Positions 1-12,666 of a stretch of DNA of 64,000 bases are shown here, in pieces. The stretch comes from Mobula birostris (taxonomy: Eukaryota). Where the stretch lies: the NCBI RefSeq assembly GCF_030028105.1, contig NC_092400.1, positions 17,918,001 through 17,982,000 of the forward strand, written 5' to 3'. The position numbers were made by a program, and so were the translations under genes. Under the pieces are notes generated by a model. It had not been told where the DNA came from, searched no databases, and saw nothing but the letters and a program-made list of their open reading frames with translations. The stretch's first letter is position 1, and each line of letters begins with the position of its first letter.

Positions 1-455
1 GCACGGGAACATGGAGCCTTGGACTTGAGAGAGACAGAAACATGGAACATAGAGCCGAGAACCCCCCCCCCCCCCCCCACCCTTGGGAACAGGATGTAGG
101 GCCGGGACTCATACACAGAATGTTGAACATGATGAGACAGCTCCCAACACAAGGTACTGGCAAACAGTCAGACCTACCTAGCGAAGGCGTGGACACAGAG
201 ACAGTTTCCAACACTAGGTAGCGGCAAAGGGACGGACCTATCTAGTGAAGGCGTGGACACAGAGACAGTTCCAGTTCAAGGACAGACAGTTCAGTATCTT
301 GACACGGCAAGGCTCCGGTCTCACTCCAGTGGTGGAACTTGATAAGGTTGCAGACAAGGCTCCAGAAGGAAGGGGAAGGGAAGGGAACGGTCCATCCTCA
401 GGGCAATGGCAAAGATGGCCTAGCTTACCCAGCAGAGGCAAGGACAGGAAGGGAC
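1..455 (-). mobile_element. Internal part of a long LTR-like element (family starting TGTCATGGTCCGGTCC)
   Basis: Reverse complement of ~390-450 matches 61680-61745, and ~180-270 matches 47815-47900. Contains internal direct repeats (gaaggcgtggacacagagacagtt x2). Confidence 0.6.
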
Positions 456-911
456 AGATCTTCTCCTCCTTCTATTACAGCCCTCCACAGGATGTATAAT
501 TATAGAACTTCAAGGAACTCAAATTCTCAAATACAACCTAGTCTCACTTATAAACTGAATAATAGACTCTTCAATCAAATGTTGATTCTCTTGACGGCCA
601 AACAAAGATTTAATAGAAAACCAAAATAAATTTAAGCCAGATAGCCTCTTGAACAACATGCTTCTTTCAATCTTGTATCAATTACAGCTCAGCAAAACAT
701 GCTGGACTGTCTCTGGACTACCACAGTCACATGATCCAGTAGGATGTTTTCCTATTATCTTTAAATAATAGTTTAACCCACAATGCCCCAACCTAAGTCT
801 TGTTAATTTCACCATATCTCTACGACTTAAAAGGTAACAGTCTGAGACCTTTTTAAGTAGTGGGTGACTAGAAAAATAATGCCTGCCCCTTAATTCATTT
901 TTCCAATCCTC

Positions 912-3900
912 CTACCACTTCTTCTCTATACCTTTTTTAATCCTACTTCTCAATTCTGCTCTGCCTAGGGGAACTCTAATTTCTACTTGCCTGCTCTGTA
1001 AGGAAGACTTTGCAATGCCATCCACAATTTCATTTCCCTCCATCCCAGCATGCCCAGGTATCCATGAAAATCTAACTGCACAACCCATCTTCCCTACTCT
1101 AAACAACACTAAGAGAATCTCAATAACTATGTCAGGACGAGATTTGATTTATTCCCTTTTACAGCCTCTAAGGCAGCAGCAGAATCCGAACAGACGGTAA
1201 CCCTATGTGGTCGAGAGTCTTCTATCCACCATAAGGCCCAGAAGATTGCTAATAATTCTGTTGCAAAGACAGAAACACCATCTCAAACCCGGTGACCAAT
1301 CTTAACTCCAAGTTGAGACACATACATCCCAAATCCTGCCCTGCTGCTCTCTGGGTCCACTGAGCCATCAGTAAAAATCTTCAGATAAGATCCCCATTTA
1401 TTATTTAAATATTCATTTGTGATCAACGCTGATGAAATTGCACTGCTTCCTTGAAGCTGCAAAAGGAGGAATAGGTCTACTTCTGGTTCTGGAAAGAGCC
1501 AAAAAGGGACGGGTGGCAAGCAAATTTGGTCAACTATGTCTTCCTCAGTCAGTTTCAATTTCACTGCTCAGCTATTAACGAAATCTAAAAATGAGTATCT
1601 CTCAATTTTACTTTGGCGCTCCGACTTCCCCTGCAAAAGACACTTTGGTGGACAGCTGTGATTGAATCCATTTAGTTTTGCCCAATACTGCAGGCTCAAC
1701 TGAATTCGCCTTAAATGCAGAGGCACTTCTCCCATCTCCACACTTAATGCCGGGACTGATGCTGTTCTAAAAGCTCCACAACAAAGTGTAAGTGCTTTGG
1801 ACTGCACAGTGTCTAGTTTTCTAAGCACTGCAATAGCAGCGGAACCATAAGCAATACAGCCATAATCTATAACTGACCTAATCATAGCTAGATATATTAA
1901 GTACATAGTTTCCCGCCCTGCTCCCCAGTTGCATCCAGCAATACTTCTCATAACATTTAAAACTCTCACACTTTCCAATTGTTTTATCTATATGAACCCT
2001 CCAAGTAAGTCTTTCATCAAACCACACACCTAAAAACTTGAATACCCTGACTTTTTCTAGTGAAGAATCATATAGACACAATTCACAATCAGGAATCTTT
2101 CTTCTAAAGCCAAAAATCATATATTTGGACTTAGAAGCAGAAATCCCGAAACCCCATTTATTACCCCAGTTTTCAACTGATCTTAAAGCCTTTTGTACCT
2201 TCCTTAATATATACTTGATATTTCTTCTTCTTTTCCAGATTGTACCATCGTCTGCAAACAATGATTTGCCAAATTCTGTCCCTACCTGATCAAAGACATC
2301 GTTTATCATGACATTAAAAAGAACTGGACTAATGACACTTCCTTGAGGGGTACCATTACCTATTTTAACTGTCTTGGAGCTTGTTCTGCCTATTCTTACT
2401 TGAATTGTCCTTTCCTTCAGGAAATCTTTGATCCAATTAAACATTCTACCTCTAATTCCCGCATCATAGAGTTTAATTAATAAGTCATCCTTCCATAGTG
2501 AGTCATATGCTCTTTCAATATCTAGAAGTACACTTAACATTACTTCTCTATTTTGAAATGCTTTTTTAATATCATGATCTAAAAGGGCAACAGATTCCAT
2601 TGTTGATCTTCCAGTTCTAAAACCATTTTGATAGGCTGCAAAATGTCCCTTATTTTCCAAAAAATAAACAAGCCTGTTGGTCACCATTCGTTCCTTAATT
2701 TTACAAAGCACTGACATTAAAGCTATAGGCCAATATGAACCAGGACTAGACGCGTCCTTACCTGGCTTTAAAACTGGAACTACCACCGCATATTTCCATT
2801 CTACTGGTAATTTTCCTTCTTTCCACACTGAATTAAACAACGCTAGAATTTCTATTAATACAGAGTCATCTAAATGCTTAAGCAATTCATAACACAGTCC
2901 ATCCCTACTAGAAGTGTTTGAACCTGATTGGACAGCTTCCTGCAATTCCTGAAGGGAGAAAAACAAATTATCATCCAAACTCCTATCCAATTTCCAACTT
3001 TCCTTTAACATAATTTCCTTTCTCAAGTCACTTAACTCTCCAGAACTGTAACACTTGGAACACCACTACAAACATATCAGCCTTTTCCTTATTGGTTACA
3101 GCTTCAATATCTCCTTCCAGCAAAGCTGAGATAGATGGTTTCCTATATATCCCTGACATTCTGTGAATGATCGTCCATAGCTGCTTTATAGGTGTCTCGG
3201 GACTCAGGGTTCCACAAAATCTTCTCCAACTATCCCTCTTTGCATTTTTAATTACTCTCCTTGCTACTGCTCTTTCCTTTTTATACTCCATAACATTATC
3301 TAACACTGGGTACTTTCTAAATTTCCTGTAAGCTCTATTTCTGTTTCTTACTGCTATATCACAATTTTTATTCCACCACGGAACTAGTGCTCGAGCCTTA
3401 GGAACATTCCATAGCGGAATAGTCAACTGAGCAACTTTATGAATTATAGAACAGAGGGATTCATTCCAATCGTCTATGGAGCCCTCGCTATTAATCTCTT
3501 CTACTATATCCACAGCTTTCTCCTGGTACTCATCCCAATGAGCCAAAGAAAAATTATACCTAGCAGACCTCTCCTCAAACTTCTACTATCAAATTTCTAC
3601 CAAATCTACATAATATAGGATAGTGATCGCTTCCTAGTGTGTATCTGTCCATAACATCCCATTCCCCAACCCTAACTAAGTTTGAGGAAGTGATAGATAA
3701 GTCTAAATGACTACAAATATTCTTTACAATATTAAATCTTGTAGGTCTTCCGTCATTTAGCAATACCATGTTGTATTTATCTAGAAACTCCTCTACTACC
3801 GCTCCATTACTATCTTTACTTTCACTACCCCATATAGGATTATGGGCATTGAAATCTCCAACCCAGATTACTGGGGATTTTACCTTATTCATAATTTCAT

Positions 3901-4239
3901 CCAAATCTGATAACATATTACCTGGATTATAAAAGTTAATCAAATTTATTTGACCACGAGAGCGCCAAACTTCCACAGCCACAATTTCAAGGTTAGGTTT
4001 AAAATCAAGTCTTCTAAACTGGAGTCCTGTTTTTATGAAAGTTGCACACCCTCCACCAGATTTACCTGTTCTGTCAGCTCTCAAACTATCATATCCAGGG
4101 ATCACAAAATCTAAATGAGGTTTTAGCCATCTCCTGTATACAGATCAAATCAGGCTCATCTTTAAAAGTTCCAACAAATTTTTAATTCTTGACCATTTGC
4201 AGATAAACTTCTTGCATTCCATTGTAATATTAAACACAT
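912..4239 (-). pseudogene. LINE ORF2 (endonuclease, reverse transcriptase, RNase H), disrupted
   Basis: ATG at 4239 gives MCLILQWNARSL. Fragments 3575-4105, 3028-3546, 1878-3026, 1568-1978, 1283-1564 and 912-1109 are collinear domains in shifted frames. Confidence 0.88.
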
Positions 4240-5400
4240 CTAAATACTAATTATTGGCCTTTTTGTCCACATAAAGATCTCCGTACTCTCTGATCCCAAC
4301 AACTGGGAAGCATTCAGTGATTGTTTGTCTGTCATATACTCATGTAATTTTGCCAGCAAAATCTGTTTTATATCAAAGAATCTCTCTGCAGCTCCAACAA
4401 CTACTTTCATCATATCCGATCTCTTGGCTGTAGTTTTAGCCCCGACCAGTACATCAACAACAAACATCAAAAAAGACTCTCTAGTCATCAACAACATGCC
4501 TGAAGGAACCAAAGTTGGAGAACTCAGAATGAACTGACTCCCCATCATTCCAATCTTTTCCTTACTTACCCTTTGCTCTCTATCAACTTGCTTTACTGCC
4601 TCAGCATATGATATTTTTTGTTGGATACTAACATCCTGAATCTCCTTTGCCTTACTAAAATACTCATATTTTCTGAATGCCACTATATGGTCCCCTCCAC
4701 AGTTACTGCAGTTAGGCGCCACTGCCTTACATGCTTTAATATCATGATCCTCTCCACATTTCATACATCTTCTTTTACCTCGACATGAACCAGCAACGTG
4801 TCCAAATCTCTGGCAATTATAACAGCGCAAGGGAGGTCTAATGTATTCTCTAACTTGATAAGACATGCACCCAAGATAGACTCTAGTTGGAAGAACATCA
4901 CCTGCAAAACCCAGAAGAACAGCAGAATCCCAATTACCACCTTCTCTCAGTTTTAATTGTTTGGCTTCAATCACTCAACCACCTTTAATATTGTCCAAAA
5001 TTTCCTTTTCAGTCATACCAGACCAAATACCATACATTACCCCTTAACTCCATTCCTTTCAGAGTAATACACTCCACTTTCACAACCAATTTTCCCACCG
5101 TTTTAGCACTGTTATATTGGTCAATATCTTAGCAACAAATTTTCAGCAATCCATTAGACAAAAACCTTGGCCTGGAATCCTTTACCTATTTGGTTCTCTA
5201 ATGCAGCTGCCACTTTCAAAGGACTAAGGGCTCTAAATCCTCCTTCCCCTTCCTTCTGACCTTTAATTTTATACAGAACTATAAATTCCTCCAGTTCACC
5301 CATTTTCCTCAATTTGTTGTCCCCCATTACTTCAGGTCTTTCACTTGATACACCCCTTTTTTGGCTACCCTTACTTCTGGAGTATTCCACAGTCTCCCAC
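4240..5400 (-). pseudogene. LINE ORF1 gag-like zinc-knuckle protein, disrupted
   Basis: ORFs 4240-4974 and 5154-5390. YIRPPLRCYNCQRFGH followed by two further knuckles, plus an SYAEAVK motif. Confidence 0.82.
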
Positions 5401-5574
5401 CCTCCTCCTTCAATCTCAACTCCCCCCGCTTCCCTTTTGCAGCCACAGGCTACAAATTAACCCTTTCCAAACTACTAGGCTCCTCCACATCAAAGTCCCT
5501 CAATCAATCAATCACCCCGACAGTCAGTCTCCTCCTCTCCCCACCAGCAGCTCTTCTAGTTCTCAGCTGGCCCC

Positions 5575-5744
5575 CAGCAACCATACTCAACCCCAGGGCC
5601 ACTTACATTCCCAGCCCCAAGACGAGCATCAGGTGCCTGTGATTAAGCCCAACTGAAACAAGGGACAGCCAGAAGACCCGGATTTCGGAGTCCCCGGACC
5701 GGACTGTGAACCGGAACGCGGACGTCACGGACCGGACCATGACA
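5575..5744 (-). mobile_element. 5' end of the LTR-like element (TGTCATGGTCCGGTCCGTGA)
   Basis: Reverse complement matches the element starts at 47421 and 61294. Confidence 0.65.
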
Positions 5745-6700
5745 GAAAGCCGGGTGGTGAGAAACATGGGGGCCGGGATGGTGAGGAGGTGAAGGTGGTA
5801 AGCTGGACAGCCTTAACATCAGAACCATATTCTGGTCATCAGTTACTTTAAAGTAAGATTTAAAAATAAAAGAACGATTAGTTTTACTTGTCACATAGAG
5901 TGAAGTGCATCATTTGCCTCAAATCAAATCAGCGAAGCTCATTCTGGGCAGTCCACAAGTGTCATCATGCCTCCATTGCTAACAGCACGCCTACAAATCA
6001 CTACCCCTTAGTCGTATGTCTCTGGAATGTGGGCAGAACCCAGAGCCCATGAATGAAACCCCTTACAGGCAGCAGTGGGATTCAAACCCCTACTCTACCA
6101 TACTACCCCCTAGGTTAGTAAGTTAGTCCACTGCACTTCCAAGTCCCATTTCTATATCATGAGGGTCAAAGGTTTCTGATTTGAGATTGTTACAAACAGG
6201 AGCAGGCCCAGAGAAAGATAATTGATCTTCTGCTTTTAGTCCATTTCCTGTGTCTGTGAAGTCCGTTTTCTGCCTTGTTCCTGCATGGTAATGGTTGTCT
6301 GGACCTGAGGAGCAATCTGGTATCAGGATAGCTTTACTACTAGAACCCAGAAGTAAACCCGCAGTATAACAAAATGTCTCAGAAAATCAGCAGTTACCAA
6401 AGGACAAAGGACAAAAAAGGGGATCGGGGTAATTTAACATTCTGGCTGGGTTTGCCCAACTCTTTGGTTATGCACATCTTGTTTCACATCCTTTATATTC
6501 AGAACTCATTTTAACTAGAAAGGAAGTGACTTCAGTGCAATAAATTTTTGTAACCCTCTCTCCCGGACGCCCCTGTATTGATTACATCTGACCTGTCTTA
6601 ACTGGTAGGATTGTCTAGCTGACAGGAGCATCCAGGAATCTGCTCCTTACCCCTATTTACAATCTGAAGTCCCTTATCAATTTCTTAAAGCTTTACTCTG

Positions 6701-7260
6701 CACACAGTGGCTACTTTATAAGGTATCTCCTGTATCTAATAAATGGTCACTGAGTGTGTGCTCGTGATCTGCTGCAGTAGCCCATCTGCTTCAAGGTTCA
6801 ATGTTCAGAGATGCTCTTCTCAACACCACTGCTGTAAAACATAGTTATCTGAGTTACCATCACCTTCGTCTCAGCTTGCTGCAATCTGCTCATTCCCCCC
6901 TGACCTTTCTCATTAGCAAGGCATTTTCCCCCACAGAACTGCCGCTCACTGGATGTCTTGTTTTTGTTTCTCACACCATTCTCTGTAAACTCTGGAGACT
7001 GTTGCTTGTGAAAATCCCAGGAGATCAGCAGTTTCCGAGACACTCTAAGCACCCCCTGTGGCACCAGCAATCGTTTCACGGTCAAAGTCACTTAGATCAC
7101 ATTTCTTCCCCATTCTGATGTTTGGTCTGAACAACAACTGAACCTCTTGACCACATCTACATGCTTTTATGGATTCAGTTGCTGGCGCATGATTGGCTGA
7201 TTAGATATTTGCATTAACGAACAGGTATACAGGTGTACCTAGTAAAGTGGCCACTGAGTG
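6701..7260 (-). mobile_element. Internally deleted Tc1-like DNA transposon
   Basis: Degenerate TIRs cacacagtggctactttat / agtaaagtggccactgagtg. Transposase N-terminal remnant (KTSSERQFCG...VTQIT...SISE). Confidence 0.8.
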
Positions 7261-7544
7261 TTCGTCCCAGTGATGTTCAAGTAGACTTAGAACATGACTA
7301 ATGAAATCAGGCAATTCAAATGATTCATTGGTTCATGTCCTAGAGAACTGATGAGACAGTCATTGTTGGACACACCTCCGATAGGACATCATTTCCATTT
7401 GCATAGCGTCCAGAATGATTGGTCTTTGCTGGTAGCAATTTTAAGCGGTTTAGCTCTTCCTAAATCATCTGCTTGCTCATTAATTTCTCGATTAATTTCT
7501 ATAAGTAACACGTGCAGAAAAGCAAATTACATTACCTCATTGAA

Positions 7545-8500
7545 TATAGTCATAGTCATAGTCATAGTCATACTCATACTTTATTGATCCCGGGGGAAAC
7601 TGGTTTTCGTTACAGTTGCACCATAAATAATAAATAGTAATAGAACCATAAATAGTTAAATAGTAGTATGTAAATTATGCCAGTAAATTATGAAATAAGT
7701 CCAGGACCAGCCTATTGGCTCAGGGTGTCTGACCCTCCAAGGGAGGAGTTGTAAAGTTTGATAGCCACAGGCAGGAATGACTTCCTATGACACTCTGTGC
7801 TGCATCTTGGTGGAATGAGTCTCTGGCTGAATGTACTCCTGTGCCCACCCAGTAAATTATGTAGTGGATAGGAGACATTGACCAAGATGGCATGCAACTT
7901 GGACAGCATCCTCCTTTTAGACACCACTGTGAGAGAGTCCAGTTCCATCCCCACAACATCACCGGCCTTACGAATGAGTTTGTTGATTCTGTTGGTGTCT
8001 GCTACCTTCAGCCTGCTGCCCCAGCACACAACAGCAAACATGATAGCACTGGCCACCACAGACTCGTAGAACATCCTCAGCATCGTCCGGCAGATGTTAA
8101 AGGACCTCAGTCTCTTCAGGAAATAGAGACGGCTCTGACCCTTCTTGTAGACAGCCTTAGTATTCTTTGACCAGTCCAGTTTATTGTCAATTTGTATCCC
8201 CAGGTATTTGTAATCCTCCACCATGTCCACACTGACCCCCTGGATGGAAACAGGGGTCACCAGTACCTTAGCTCTCCTCAGGTCTACAACCAGCTCCTTA
8301 GTCTTTTTCACATTAAGCTGCAGATAATTCTACTCAAACCATGTGACAAAGTTTCCTACCATGGCCCTGTACTCAGCCTCATCTCCCTTGCTGAGCATCC
8401 AACTATGGCAGAGTCATCAGAAAACTTCTGAAGATGACAAGACTCTGTGCAGTAGTTGAAGTCCGAGGTGTAAATGGTGAAGAGAAAGGGAGACAAGACA
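7545..8500 (-). mobile_element. Rex1/Babar-type LINE, 3' fragment
   Basis: ORF 7712-8311 has KTKELVVD, YKYLG, QSRLYFL and RKSFLPVAIKLYN. (ACTATG)n microsatellite tail at 7545-7580. Confidence 0.85.
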
Positions 8501-8719
8501 ATATATGAACATAAAAGATTTTTCAGTGTTGCTTTTTACACATATCAATCCCCTAGGCCCTCCTAGGCCTTTAGCTATCTGTCAAATCTTTGTGCTCTGT
8601 TGCTTCTGGTTTCGAAAGGCTATGTGTTTCAACTTCCATCTTTATTGTTTCAAAATCAGTTCCTCTATGGAGTAATCTATGAACATTTAACTCTCACCCT
8701 TCCGCTTTCTCTCCCAGTA

Positions 8720-9492
8720 TACTTACACAATAAGGTAGATGAACTTGTAGCACAGTTGCAGATTGGCAGGTACAATGTTGTAGGCATCACTGAATCATGG
8801 CTGAAAGAAGATTATAGTTGGGAACTTAATGTCCAAGGATACACATTGTATCAAAAGGACAGGCAGGAAGGCAGATGGGGCTGTGTCGCTCTGTTGGTAA
8901 AAAATGAAATCAAATCATTAGAAAGAGGTAACATAGGATCAGAAGGTGTTGAATCATTGTGCATATAGCTAAGGAACTGCAAGGGTAAAAAGATCCTGAT
9001 GGAAGTTATAAACAGACCCCCAAACAGGAGTGAGGATGTGGTCTACTAATTACAATGGGAGATAGAAAACGCATGCCAAAAAGGCATTGTTACAATAGTC
9101 ATGGGGGATTTCAATATACAGGTCGATTGGGAAAATCAGGTTGGTGCTGGATTCCAAGAGGGGGAATTTCTAGAGTCCCTACAAGGTGGCTTTTTAGAGC
9201 AGCTCATGGTTGAGCCTACCGGGGAATCAGCTATCCTGGATTGGGTGTTGTGCAATGATCAAAGAGTGGTGGGTGGCTGGAATACGCTTCCTGGTATGGC
9301 GGTAGAGGCAAACACATTACAGGCTTTTAAGAGACATCTGGATAGGCACACGGATGTAAGGAAGATGGAGGGATATGGACGGTGTAGGTGGAAAGGATTA
9401 GCTCTTGGGTGTTTTTGATTTGCTTTTTAGCTGGTTTGGCACAATATTGTGGGCCAAGTGGCTTGTTTCTGTGCTGTACTGTTCTACGTTCT
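8720..9492 (+). mobile_element. CR1 LINE fragments (endonuclease region joined to a 3' end)
   Basis: NKVDEL..VVGITESWL, MGDFN..DW and ILDWVL motifs, then a CR1 C-terminus FKRHLD and 3' UTR. Confidence 0.8.
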
Positions 9493-10996
9493 ACTGACAA
9501 ACTTTGCCGAGAAATTTAATTTATCTCCCAGAAAAGTATCTACTTAACATTGAGCAAATTGAACAAAAGAGCTATCGGTGGAAAGGGTTAACTCTCTGGA
9601 TGCTTATTTCCACTAGCGAGGCCTCACTGGCAGCATTTCAACAAAGGGAGAATGAATGTGACTACAATCATTGTAAAGAAGATTTGAACACAAGCAAATT
9701 TATATCACTGTTGACTAGGGAAAGAAAACAGCTTCATTGTAATTTAGGTTGTGTGAAATAAAAAAAAATTCTTAAATATGGTCAATTTAAAACACATTTG
9801 TAAAGAGTTGCATTAATTGAAAACCAGGCACTGAAACTTTGAATTTCAGCTTTAAGAATTTGTTCCTCTTAAGCTATCATCCCTACTTGGTCATAGACCA
9901 TCGAAAGCAGCTCTGCCAGAGTCCTCTGAGCTGCTGAAGGATGACCAGTCCTGTGTTTTCCACTTACACCGCATGCTTTCATACATCGTCAAGGCAAAGG
10001 TCCCTCCTCTCCCAGGGGTGAGGTCTTTGGAGCTTCCTGTTGGCATTTCTGTAACTCTGGGTGTTTTATGGGGTTGCTCTTTTCGCAGCCGGGGCTTGGC
10101 GGAGTTTAGATTTAAAGACACATCTCTCTAATTCCCTTCAGTAGACAAGGGTATGTTTGGTTCAAAGAAAATTTGCAAATCTATGCAATCAACACTTTAA
10201 GCATTGGCTTTTGGTTCAAAATTGCTGACAAGACTAATCCGAAAGAAATGCATAAATTGAGGAAAATAACAGCTCCTCATACAATTTCAAAATATTGATT
10301 CACATAATTAGTTTACAAGCTTAGAAGTTTTCCAAATGTTCAGAAACATTTGAGTTCACAAGCCCACAAAACATTAATGCCTTTAGAAAAATGACATTAG
10401 GATAGTTTAAAAAGTTCAGATGTACACATATAGAAATGAACACTTCCAGCAGTAAAGTCAAAGCTACAAATGGTTATCAGCTTTTACGCGGAATAGATAC
10501 CGAACACAAGCAGCACGCCGTTTTAAAGACGTACAAAGGCGATCATTCCAACTCCAAAATTGAGATTGATTACGTCAATAGTTTCAGTGCCAGCTGCCAT
10601 TTTAAATATCATTCATGTTCATCAAAGTACAAGGTGTGATTATGTAGCTGCTCCGGGGCCACAGATGAAATGTCCGCATCCTCACTATATCCCCTTTATT
10701 GCCGCTACCAGTCACGTTGCTTTGTGTGCTCCAACTGTTCTGACTTTGAGGACTTGCCTTTCCTCCACCCCGCACTGCCCTTTGTACACTGGCAGTCTCA
10801 GTCACATGCTGTGCTTTGTTAAAGCAAACGCCACCTTACTCCACCCATTGTACCAAAAAACAGAGGCTGCTTTCCGATGGATTCACTTTCCTGACCCACT
10901 GCAGCAATCCCGATGTTTTTGATGAGACCCTGCTTTAACATTTTCAATTTCATCTGGATTGGATAGCCCTGGAAAATGCTCACATGCCCCGTACTC

Positions 10997-11505
10997 TTGA
11001 ATTGAATTGACTTTATTTCTTACATCCTTCACATACATGAGGAGTAAAAATCTTTGTTACTTCTCCGTTATGTGCAATCGTAGTAATTTATAATAAATAG
11101 AACAGTCAATGTAATATAGAATACACTCAAATTAGTATGAGTTCATCAGTCTGATAGCCTGGTGGAAGAAGCTGTCCCAGAGCATGTTGGTCCTGGCTTT
11201 TATGCTGCGGTACCGTTTCCTGGATGGAAGCAGCTGGAATAGTTTGTGGTTGGGGTGACTCGGGTCCCCAATGATCCTAACTGCCCTTTTTACACACCTG
11301 CCTTTGTAAATGTCCTGAATCATGGGAAGTTCACAACTACAGATGCGCTGGGCTGTCTGCACCACTCTCTGCAGATTAAGGGAGGTTCAGTGCCCATACC
11401 AGACAGTGATGCAGCCAGTCAGGATGCTCTCAATTGTGTCCCTGTAGAAAGTTCTTAGGATCTGGGGGCCCACACCAAACTTCCTCAACTAACTGAGGTG
11501 AAAGA
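10997..11505 (-). mobile_element. Rex1/Babar LINE 3' fragment
   Basis: DPSHPNHKLFQLLPSRKRYRSI..SFFHQAIRL; (AATTC)n tail. Confidence 0.8.
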
Positions 11506-12074
11506 AACAGTTCTGCAAACTCATTTACAGCTTCTTGCTGGTTATCATTTCCTCAGTCTCCTCCTAACTGAGCCAAAATGCCCGTCTTAAGGATTTGGTA
11601 TTTTTTATGTACAGCAGCTTATTCCTTTCATGGTTTTGAGTGAGTCACATAGAGACGGGAGCTGTAGGTGTGAAAGATCTTTGTTTACCATGACAAGCTA
11701 GCATTCTGGAAGAATCTTCCTTGGAAGAATCTCAGAAGAATCTCAGGAAAATTTCTCAAAACTCAGCACACCAAGATGTTACACTCTTTAACCATAAAGA
11801 TAACAGCACATGGTAAAATAAAATCTTCAGTGTCAACGCTTTGAGTCCAGGCCATCCCCAACTATGAACACTCCCTACACACAAATCCGTTCCTCCAACC
11901 AAGGTCTGACGTACATTCCTGTGCTGCTTCCTAAGATCAGCAGGGCTCGCTTCCTTCACTTCTAATATTTGTTTCTCTTTATCAGATTATCATCCAAATT
12001 GGCCAACTACTTATCCTGGGATTAGGATTCCAAGATTTAGATGCAGGTCAGTAGAAGGCAGTTTACAGCACCTA

Positions 12075-12305
12075 CCTTGTCAATCCTTCAAGGGATTTTA
12101 AATACTTCAATGAGATTTTCTCTCATTACACTAATCTATATCGACATTTCATCCAAATTCAGTGTTTCTGGTGACATTAACTCAAGAGTTCTCCCGCACC
12201 ACTCCAATCAAGCCTACAGTAAATTTGAGAAACACCACCTCATCTTTTGTCATAGGCACACTGCAACCTTGATAACTCAATATCAACTTCAATTATTTCA
12301 TATGA
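12075..12305 (+). mobile_element. Old Penelope GIY-YIG 3' remnant
   Basis: FEKHHLIF and the following sequence resemble the Penelope C-terminus at 37350-37430. Confidence 0.45.
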
Positions 12306-12666
12306 CTTGATTTTCTGTTCGTATTGGAGCTGGTTTATTCTCATGTAAGGCTGCCCAGCCTCGATGTTAACTCAGCATTTTTCTCTCTCTCCACAGACAC
12401 TAACTGATGTCCTGGGCATTTTTAAATATTCCTTTGGCTTTCTTTCTCTGTAACAAGTCTGACTTGCACTTTGCTAGGTTTATTCATTGCTATCATTATC
12501 CATAACTGTCCTCATTAACCTACCAATCAGGTGGCTTTGTAAAGAAGTTTATTGTTATTTAACTATATACATGTATACCGTCAAATGAGACAACTTTTCT
12601 CCAAACCAGGGTATAAAGTACTGTAGTACACATAGCACACAAAAACTTATGAAAGTAGGGATAATA

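Larger units (their letters stand above)
905..5575 (-). mobile_element. Non-LTR retrotransposon, I/Nimb-like clade (ORF1 plus APE-RT-RNase H ORF2), degraded and 3'-truncated
   Basis: ORF1 CCHC knuckles (RCYNCQRFGH, CMKCGEDH, CSNCGGDH). APE motifs QWNARSL, GDFNAH, SDHYPI. RT motifs TPQGSVISP and LFADD. RNase H motifs IFTDGS and WIPGHAGMEGNEIVD. Broken by frameshifts and stops. Confidence 0.9.

Noticed and set aside
10436-10922. Short ORFs in unique-looking sequence as exons
   Set aside because: No recognisable domain or convincing splice pair; cannot be supported without RNA data.
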